Below are positions 56,435 to 64,000 of a stretch of 64,000 nucleotides of DNA, in pieces (position 1 is the stretch's first letter; the number at the start of each line of letters is the position of its first letter). Below the pieces are notes generated by a model. The model did not search any database. It had not been told where the DNA came from and was given only the letters and a program-made list of their open reading frames with translations. Location of the stretch: the NCBI RefSeq assembly GCF_036365525.1, contig NC_090407.1, forward strand, positions 22,348,084-22,412,083. The letters are read 5' to 3'. Origin of the DNA: Heterodontus francisci. Taxonomy: Eukaryota. The position numbers and the translations under genes were made by a program.

Positions 56435-57224
56435 GACAGACCTCATCTGCTCAAATGGCAGGCAGGGGGCTCCTTAACATACAGGCACAGAGATAATTAA
56501 TTTAATAATTATTACAAATTTCTTGTTGAATCTAGTTTTATTAATTTTGCTTCTACGAGCTGATATAGCATTAGGTGTGTCTGAATATGGATAAAATGAA
56601 GTAACTGATTGTGTTCAGGTGGCTCGATTGCCAGCAATCCTGGTGAAAAGTTGCTGAGCTGCAAGGGGAAATGAATGACAAGTCTAGATGGCGGAGAAGT
56701 TAACTGTTTTTCAATAAAGAATTAGGCAGAGGACCAACCTAGGACAAAATTGGTAACATTATGACAGTAATGAGATTTTGAGGACATTTTCAGTGACTCC
56801 AGTTGGAGCTGTTGGAGAATTTAACTGTAAACACTTAATAGAATCAAAGCCGTTAGCAACAGTACAAAATTATTTATTTCAAATTTGTCTCCAAATAAAA
56901 ACCAAGACTAATTGACCACTAATGTTTCAGTGTTCAAATTATCCATAGCATTGCACATAGGAGGATTGAGCTAAAACCAGATGAGAGGATGTCCTAGAAT
57001 GGGTAGATATATTGCTGTCCTCATTTTACAGGCAGATTGTTATTTTTGTGATAAATTCCTATGTTTACATTTACAATGGAGATTGAAGTAAACTGTTACA
57101 CTATAACATTATACCTTCCTGACATTGATGACACTTAACTCCTTTGGTTGGGGGCAGGGCAAGGGTGTAATTATTGCCTACCATTTACAAGTGTGGATAT
57201 ACAAAAATATGTAGTATATTACAG

Positions 57225-57660
57225 AACATTAATCGCTGTGGCTAATGGTAGCATGCTAACCTGAGTTAGAAGATTGCGGGTTCAAGTTCCACTCCAGGAT
57301 TGCAGATGATCTTGACTGACATTTCAGCACAGTACTAAGGGAGTATTGCACTATCACAGGGGCAGTAGAGAGAGTGTGCTATTGGAGGTGCTGATTTTCA
57401 GATGAGATGTTAAACGGAGATCCTGTCTACTTGTGTGGGTGGACACGAGATGCTGTAGCTCTATGCCAAGAGCAGGAAGTTTTAGTCAACATTTATCCCT
57501 CAGTGACCATCTCCCAAAAAACAGTTCTGGTCATTCATCTCACTGTCATTACTGGTATCTTGTTGCCCATAAATTGGCTGCCACCTACAACAGTGACTAC
57601 ACGTTAAAGCCATTCATTGGCTGTGAAGAGATCAGACAGGTGCTATATATACAAGAGTTC
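57225..57660 (+). mobile_element. tRNA-headed Deu-domain SINE, degenerate
   Basis: A/B-box-like TGGCTAATGG…GGTTCAAGTTCC head followed by Deu-like body. Confidence 0.6.
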
Positions 57661-57938
57661 TTAACGCTAAGATGGATAAATCATGTTAATCAGTAGGTTC
57701 CGTGGAGATCCATATGACAGCCAATTAACCTCAGATCCCATACATCTCTTGCACCACTAGGTGAAATCCAGCCAATAATAAATCTGTTTAAGTTCCACAT
57801 TTTTATTACAGATCCACACAAGTTATAGTGTCTGTTATTGCAACAATCGATATTCCAAATGCTCATGGCATTGCTGGTTACAGTCACTGAAGGTTAACAC
57901 TGTCACACACAGGCTGTAGTCTTCAAACTTCCATTCAG

Positions 57939-58079
57939 TCACTCCTGCTCATCTTCCATCTCTTCCACTTCTTTGCTACTTTCATCAATTGCTGCCAGTT
58001 GCTCAAATTCACCAGTCTCAGAGTTCCACATACAGTTTATTGTCACTTTGAAAGCTGCCATCTCAACACCAAGCAGTTT
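57939..58079 (-). CDS. MRTO4: MRTO4 exon 8 ([20 protein letters not shown]…EDEQE*)
   Basis: ctcccAG|AAA; TGA at 57941-57939. Confidence 0.94.
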   Translation of the reverse strand, partial: KLLGVEMAAFKVTINCMWNSETGEFEQLAAIDESSKEVEEMEDEQE

Positions 58080-61000
58080 CTGGGAGAGAAGAGAGAGTGG
58101 ACAATTAAAAATTTGCACACTGCCCACGTCACCAATATTAGCTGAATACTGCAAATTTGGAAGATTCTATTTTGTCCAGACTTGCAGGTAAATTTTGACA
58201 CTTATTGACACATTCCAGCTTGTGTATGGAGGTAGTAGTGATGGTACCAGCCAGATTCTATTGGCTGGTACTGTAGCTGAATAGGATCCAAGTACAATGT
58301 GTTGAAGCAACGAGTGCTAAGGACTCTGCCTCATTCAATCCCTGAAAATTAGAACGCAGAAGTGCTTAGTTTCCACTGTTAATACATTTGCAATTTTTGA
58401 CCTCCCTCCAGGGAGAGTCTCCAAATTAAAGCCACCTCCTTCCTTGCTGCTTCTCTCAGTAGCTTCAGTTTCTGAAAATTATTTAAAAGTAAAAACTAAC
58501 CAGAAGACGTGCTTGTTCAGGGGTCAATGAGGCACCTTCTTTACACACATCGTAATCAGACAATAATGTCACGACACCTAGGAAACAGAGACAAGTGAAA
58601 TCCAACAGTTGCCGATTGTTCCAAATCTTATTCTGCTCATATGTGACAGTAAAGAATTAGAGCATCACCAGTCTGCATAAGTTGCCGTTGCTCATTACTG
58701 TACCTTTCTTCAGAGTGGTTGGTAACCCGAGTTTCCGCAGCTGTGGCTCAATGGAGTGTGTGAACTGTGGCAGTGGTCCAGCATCGAGTGTAACAGCCAT
58801 TGTAGCTTTATTCCCAGCACGAGCAAAATCGGACTCGGTGTACTGATTAAACCATCTGTAGATTGGAGAAAGTGTGTTGGAGAACTCAGCAGAAACACCA
58901 AAAAATTAAGAGTGGGAACAGCTCAAACAGGCCAAAGTATGTAGACAGAAAAAAAATGATACGAGACTCACTCAATCACTTCCACCTTTGTGCGATTAGT
59001 GAACAGAAGACCAACTTCACCTTGTAACTGTTTACTGACCTACAAGGAAAAGAATGTAAAATAGTGCAGATGCTGAAAGCATAGATGTAGGTCAGGCAAT
59101 ATCTGGACGGAGCAATACAGGGTTAATGTTTCAGGTCAATGACTTATCACCAGAACTGACAAAAGATCACTGACCTGAAACATTAACCCGCTAAACTTTG
59201 AAGTTTGCATTGTGGATATGTAGATTGAAATGTGCAGTTATCGGTCCCACACATGGCCCAGTCCCTGAAAACTCACCTTGTGCAAACCATCCTTGTACTC
59301 ATCTGCTGGTTCCTTTCCCAGGGCCACCACCATCACTTTGTTTTTACCAAAGAAAAAGCTGCACAAGCAGAAAATAGAATAGTTTCACCCTCAGTTACAC
59401 AAGAGACTGATAGTAAAAATGAGAGCACATAGAATTATAGGCAACCTATTGACATGGGTAGGTAATTGGTGAGTAGATAGAATAGGGATAATTGGTATAC
59501 ATTTGAATTGGCAGGACGTGACTAGTGGTATCCCTTAGATTTGTAGTGGGCCCTTAACTTTTCACTATATAAGTGACTTAGATAAAGGAATAGGAAGTCG
59601 TATATCTAAGTTTACTGCTGACACTAAAGTTAGGTGGTGCAGCAGTGTAGATGGGAATAGAAAGTTGCAAAGGGACATTGACAGATTAAGTGAATGGGTA
59701 AAACTGTGGCAGATGGAGTTCAATGTGAGGAAGTATGAAGTCATCCACTTTAGAACCAAGATAGATCAGGATATTTTCCAAATAATGAGAAGCTTGAAAC
59801 TGTGGAGGGTCACAGAGATTTCAAAACTGAGATTGATAGAGGGAGGGAGTACAGCAAAGGTTCACCAGACTGATTCCTGGGATGGCAGGACTGACTTGAT
59901 ACGGGCATCAAGGAATTGACAAGGCAGATAAATGGAGTTAAGACTCAGATTAGCCATTATCTAATTGAATGGTGGAACAGATTAGAGGGGTTGAACAGCC
60001 TACTCCTGTTCCTAGGTTCCTCCTCTGCATCAGCAGAAATGAAACTAACCTGGTTCCCATTTTATTGCAGTTGGAATTGTTTGGGGAAGGACGTTTATCC
60101 TCCAGTAATTTAAACATAAAAAAATCCCAGTGACTCACCGGCTATGTTTCCAGGCACTCCGCATGTCCTTCAGTTTGTTGTTTCTCATATTCTCAATAGA
60201 AAAGACAAAGAGATTCTTGTAGGTGTCCACACATTTTCTTAACTAAAAAAAAAATACAAAATGCTAACCAACATCAGTAATAAGGGTTCAAACAAACTGT
60301 CAGCATACTTTGGCCTACCTTCCATCAGGATTAACTAATTTTACAATGACAACTGGCATTTATAAAACCCCTTGAACGTAGGAAAACATACTTCTCAGGA
60401 GTATTATAAAAATCTGATACATAAGGGGATATTAGGATAGATGCCAAAAGATTGGACAAAGGTAGGTTTTAGAGTGTCTTTAAAGAAGAGGGGCGGAGAG
60501 CTTTAAGGAAGGAATTTCAGAACTTAGCACCTAGACAGTTGAATGCATAGCTACTAATGGTGAGGTGAAGATTACAGAGATAGGGAGCGGTGAGGTCATG
60601 GAGGGACCTGAACACGATCAGAATTACAAGTTTCAGGTATTGCTGGACTGGGAGCCATTGCAGGTCAGCATGAACAGGGGATGGTCAATAGTATTGGAGT
60701 ATTGTGTGCAGTTTTGGTCTCCTTATCTGAGGAAGGGTGTTCTTGCTATGGAGGGAGTGCAGCAAAGGTTCACCAGACTGATTCCTGGGATGGCAGGACT
60801 GACGTATGAAGAGAGATTGGGTTGATTAGGCTTGTATTCGCTAGAGTTTAGAAGAATGAGAGGGGATCTCATAGAAACATCCAAAATGTTAACAAGACTG
60901 GACAGACTAGATGCAGGAAGGATGTTCCCGATGGCGGGGGAGTCCAGGACCAGGGGGTCACAGTCTGATAAGGGGTAAGCCATTTAGGACTGAGATGAGG

Positions 61001-62220
61001 AGGGATTTCTTCACCCAGAGAGTGGTCAACCTGTGGAATTCTCTACCACAGAAAGCAGTTGAGGCCAAATCATTATTCAAGAAAGAGTTAGATATAGTTC
61101 TTAGGGCTAAACGGATCAAGGGATATGGGGAGAAAGCAGGAACAGGGTACTGAGTTTGGATGATCAGCCATAATTGTATTAAATGGTGGTGCAGGCTCGA
61201 AGGGCCTACTCCTATTTTTCTATAGTTTGGGATCAGCTGAAGTTTGCAGAAGTGGAGTGTTGGCCTAGACGTGACAAAGGCATGTATAAGGTGGAACCCT
61301 GGTGAGCAAGGGAAGGGATTTACTGTCAGGTTCATGGGCTCCTCACACTTGTTAGAGGTGAGGAGTAGAAGGGGGTCCAGGGTGGGGGAGGTGCAGGAGA
61401 GAAAGGTTCAAGGAGACGGTTGGTAACAGAAAAAAAACACAGGATTATCTTTTTACTTGTTATGATCCAGACAGATCTCACCAGTGGCTGAACCTGTAGA
61501 GACCAAAATGAATTGTGCCAGGGTAGGGAAGAGTGAGGGTTTTGCTGGAGATAAAAGCATCAAAGGAACAGGTGAGGATGTGATTGAACACATCCGACAG
61601 CTGCAGAAATGTTTTGGTGAACCGACAGAGTCCAAGACTAGACAATTGGGAATTTGTTGTTGTAAGTTATGTGAGGATGGAAGCAGGGGGAAAGATTTTC
61701 CCAGAGCCGTCACAAGTTGGGAAGGGTTGAGGCCTGTTTTGTGACCGAAACGATGGGAGCACAGAACAGGGTAGATTAGGAGAGGCCCGAGCGGTCGCTC
61801 GTCAGTGTGACAATGTGGTCAATGTGATAATAAAAACAAAATACTGCGGATGCTGGAAATCTGAAATAAAAATGAAGTGCTGGAAATATTCAGCAGGTTT
61901 GGCAGCATCTGTGGGGAGAGAAGTAGAGTTAACATTTCAGGTCAGTGACCCTTCATCAGAATGCGATTGTTAACTCACCTCCTCGATCAGGTTCTGTTTG
62001 ATTTGTAATCCTTTCTTTGTTGTTTTAGTCAAAGAAACTGCAGAAACAAAACAAAAAGCAGTCAGGCTGGGAACAATTCAATCAATGAGGGTTAGAGGCC
62101 TCGGCCTTGTGGAAACTCTTGAATTCGGTACAATCGCGGCTTCACCAAAAAATAATCCATTGGCGCGTCTCCAGGACATGTCCGGTCCTTACCCCGCTTG
62201 TCGCGCCGGGATCGTGGCAT
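57939..62220 (-). CDS. MRTO4: MRTO4 ribosome assembly factor, complete gene: complement(join(57939..58079,58501..58577,58704..58855,58972..59039,59277..59358,60139..60242,61979..62037,62193..62220)), 236 aa
   Basis: 711 nt, all [24 protein letters not shown]…LRKCVDTYK…FFGKNKVM…[12 protein letters not shown]…FARAGNKA…[13 protein letters not shown]…acidic tail is colinear with human MRTO4. Confidence 0.96.
58501..58577 (-). CDS. MRTO4: MRTO4 exon 7 ([26 protein letters not shown])
   Basis: cctAG|GT … CTG|GTTAG; 77 nt. Confidence 0.94.
58704..58855 (-). CDS. MRTO4: MRTO4 exon 6 ([17 protein letters not shown]…GLPTTLKK)
   Basis: tacAG|A … AAG|GTACA; 152 nt. Confidence 0.94.
58972..59039 (-). 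CDS. MRTO4: MRTO4 exon 5 ([23 protein letters not shown])
   Basis: tgtAG|GTC … GA|GTGAGT; 68 nt. Confidence 0.94.
59277..59358 (-). CDS. MRTO4: MRTO4 exon 4 ([27 protein letters not shown])
   Basis: tgcAG|C … AAG|GTGAGT; 82 nt. Confidence 0.94.
59380..60015 (+). mobile_element. Old CR1 fragment
   Basis: [21 protein letters not shown] remnant. Confidence 0.7.
60139..60242 (-). CDS. MRTO4: MRTO4 exon 3 ([35 protein letters not shown])
   Basis: tttAG|TTA … CG|GTGAGT; 104 nt. Confidence 0.95.
60690..61225 (+). mobile_element. CR1 3' fragment inserted in L2 fragment
   Basis: [14 protein letters not shown]…RFTRLIPGM…[14 protein letters not shown]; flanks (~60340-60690, ~61225-61750) resemble antisense L2. 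Confidence 0.8.
61830..61962 (-). mobile_element. Penelope-like terminal repeat with hammerhead motif
   Basis: Minus strand: ATT-CTGATGA-AGGGTCACTGACCT-GAAATGTT-AACT plus the family tail. Confidence 0.75.
61979..62037 (-). CDS. MRTO4: MRTO4 exon 2 ([20 protein letters not shown])
   Basis: tgcAG|TT … GAG|GTGAGT; 59 nt. Confidence 0.94.
62193..62220 (-). CDS. MRTO4: MRTO4 exon 1 (MPRSRRDKR)
   Basis: ATG at 62220; G|GTAAGG donor at 62192. Confidence 0.92.
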
Positions 62221-62573
62221 CGTGCTAGGGGGCCGAGTATGCGGCGCCGGGACTCACAGCTCCGCCGCCCCTTCACTCACGCCGCCGCTAACAACGCGGT
62301 CAGGACCCCGTGCCGCAGGGTGTTTTGGGATTAATGGCGCCTTCACTCCGCCTGTAAAATCGGCACCGAGTTATCAGACTCGGATAGAACACGTCAGGTT
62401 TATTGATTCATCCCAAATAGCAAGGCTTCTGGGCACAGACTCTAACTGCACCCTAGGACGTAGCAGGAACTTTTCCGTATGAGGATTCAGGAGGGCTGAG
62501 CTCCCTATGCCCTCTGGGATTCTGGAGGGCGGAGCTCTCTCTGCACTCTGGGATACTGGAGGGCCGAGCAGTG
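62221..62573. promoter_or_regulatory. MRTO4/EMC1 bidirectional CpG-island promoter (353 bp between start codons)
   Basis: Divergent ATGs, CpG-rich, YY1-like AATGGCG at ~62333 and ETS-like GGAA/TTCC at ~62465-62477. The same head-to-head arrangement exists in human. Confidence 0.75.
62483..62570 (+). repeat. 34-bp tandem repeat (~2.6 copies) just upstream of EMC1 ATG
   Basis: GGATTCAGGAGGGCTGAGCTCCCTATGCCCTCTG / GGATTCTGGAGGGCGGAGCTCTCTCTGCACTCTG / GGATACTGGAGGGCCGAGCA. Confidence 0.85.
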
Positions 62574-62662
62574 ATGGTGTTTCTCTCTGGGCTTTGGCTC
62601 CTTTTTGCTCTCTTTGAGTTTTCAGCGGGGATTTACGAGGATCAAGTCGGGAAGTTCGACTG
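62574..62662 (+). CDS. EMC1: EMC1 exon 1
   Basis: gtgATGG; TG|GTGAGT donor. Confidence 0.9.
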
Positions 62663-63730
62663 GTGAGTCCCTGGGAAGAGGAGCTACCATTCGGGGGCTG
62701 TGAGTAAGAAGGGTCGGGGCAGCCACTCGGGGCTGTAGTCTGCTTTTCCTTCTGGAAACCGGGTTTGGAAGGGCCCGAGGAGGAACGGCCCCTGTTCGCG
62801 CGGCCGGTTTGTTTCCTCCCAGGTGCTTCATCGGAGAACAGGCCAGGCCGCGTGTGGTGCTACCTCTTTCCTAATTCAAAACCGGGCTGGGGAGGGGTGG
62901 AACTGGTGTTTGTTGCGAATTCATTGAAAACCCTACTAACTGATTGGAATTCGACAAAGTTCGAGTTCAACTTGAAGCATTTTGAAAGGAAGGATGCAGA
63001 GAGGCAATATAAACTAAATGGTACAATTTTATGGGAGTGATGTTATAGAGAGACTTGGAGACCAGACAGGGAGCAACTATTTCCACTTGGAGGAGGATCG
63101 ATAACTGGAAGGCACAAATTTAAAGTAATTAGCAAAAGATGGGATGAGAATTTTTTACGCAGTGTCATGATCTGGAAATGCACGGCCTGAAAAAGTGGTG
63201 AAAGAAGATTCAGTAGTAACTTTCAAAAGGGAAATACATAAATTCTTAAAGAATTGCAGACCTATGGAGAAAGAGGAGGGGAGTGGGACTAATTGGTACA
63301 AGCATGATGGGTCGAATGGTTTCTTCTATGCCGTGTTATTCTATGATTGAATTAATGCTGTTATTTTTTTATTATAATTTTCTGTAGTACCTAAATAGTG
63401 TTTTGCCTGCACATGCATTGCATTGTTTTTTTTTAAGGCGACGCCAATATGTTGGGAAGCCCCGGATTGCATATTTTGATGTGCCTACGCAGAACTCAAA
63501 GAAACTTATGGTTGCAACAGAGAATAATGTGATTGCTTCTCTCAACTCGAGGAATGGGGAGATCAGTGAGTATTGTTGAGTTGACATTGCTGTAACTAAT
63601 TCTGCTGTGCTAGATTTCAAACTGTCACTTATTCCAGCATTGCTGTTTTTGTTTTGATTTGCAGTCTGGCGTCAGGTGGATAAAGAAGGTCCTGAGGGAA
63701 ACGTGGATCTGATGTTATTCTATGGACAGG
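62574..63730 (+). CDS. EMC1: EMC1 ER membrane protein complex subunit 1, 5' part: join(62574..62662,63438..63565,63665..63730); continues right of window
   Basis: Signal peptide followed by [18 protein letters not shown]…[29 protein letters not shown], matching EMC1; GT-AG with consistent phases. Confidence 0.94.
62950..63350 (+). mobile_element. Old CR1 3' fragment
   Basis: [10 protein letters not shown] remnant and CR1 3' tail (attctatg). Confidence 0.65.
63438..63565 (+). CDS. EMC1: EMC1 exon 2
   Basis: ttaAG|G … CA|GTGAGT; 128 nt. Confidence 0.93.
63665..63730 (+). CDS. EMC1: EMC1 exon 3
   Basis: tgcAG|TC … CAGG|GTGGGT; 66 nt. Confidence 0.9.
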
Positions 63731-64000
63731 GTGGGTGTGGTCTGTTCAACTATCCAGCTTGTGCTGTGTGTCTGTTTTCTCTAAGCGCTGTTGAAATCTC
63801 AAAGTGACTCTGCAGTTCCTTCTACAGATTATTCTTGCTTGGATTGGGAGATTATTATTTCAACCTCTGTGTAAACCCTGTGATCAACTCGCTGTTTTCC
63901 CTGGCCTTGGTAATCTTGAAGCTGTTAATTCAGATAAATCCATGGAAGCAGATTACAGCGCAATTATGACAGTCCTGGAATACTGAATGTATTCAGTATG

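Overview
Vertebrate genomic DNA, almost certainly a cartilaginous fish (shark-type HE1 V-SINEs, Deu-domain SINEs, abundant CR1/L2 LINEs). Five genes were reconstructed exon by exon from GT-AG boundaries and protein similarity recalled from human orthologues. In order they are DRAXIN (-, first coding exon only; the rest lies left of the window), MAD2L2/REV7 (+, complete, 8 coding exons, 211 aa), a single AKR7A aflatoxin-aldehyde reductase (+, complete, 7 exons, 347 aa), MRTO4 (-, complete, 8 exons, 236 aa) and EMC1 (+, first 3 exons). MRTO4 and EMC1 share a short bidirectional promoter. Much of the remainder is transposon-derived: CR1 and L2-group LINEs, a young RTE LINE with a 19-bp TSD, a Buster-type hAT element with an 8-bp TSD, a Gmr1-like Gypsy fragment with LTR and PBS, a solo LTR, SINEs, and a Penelope-like family. 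I see no convincing novel protein system. The most interesting signals are at RNA level. Minimal hammerhead-ribozyme motifs from the Penelope-like family recur through the window, including sense-strand copies in AKR7A and MRTO4 introns. A recent TSD-flanked fold-back insertion, centred exactly on the ribozyme stem II, places a ~75-bp dsRNA hairpin in the probable MAD2L2 3' UTR. Repeat boundaries without TSDs are approximate, and no database searches were run.
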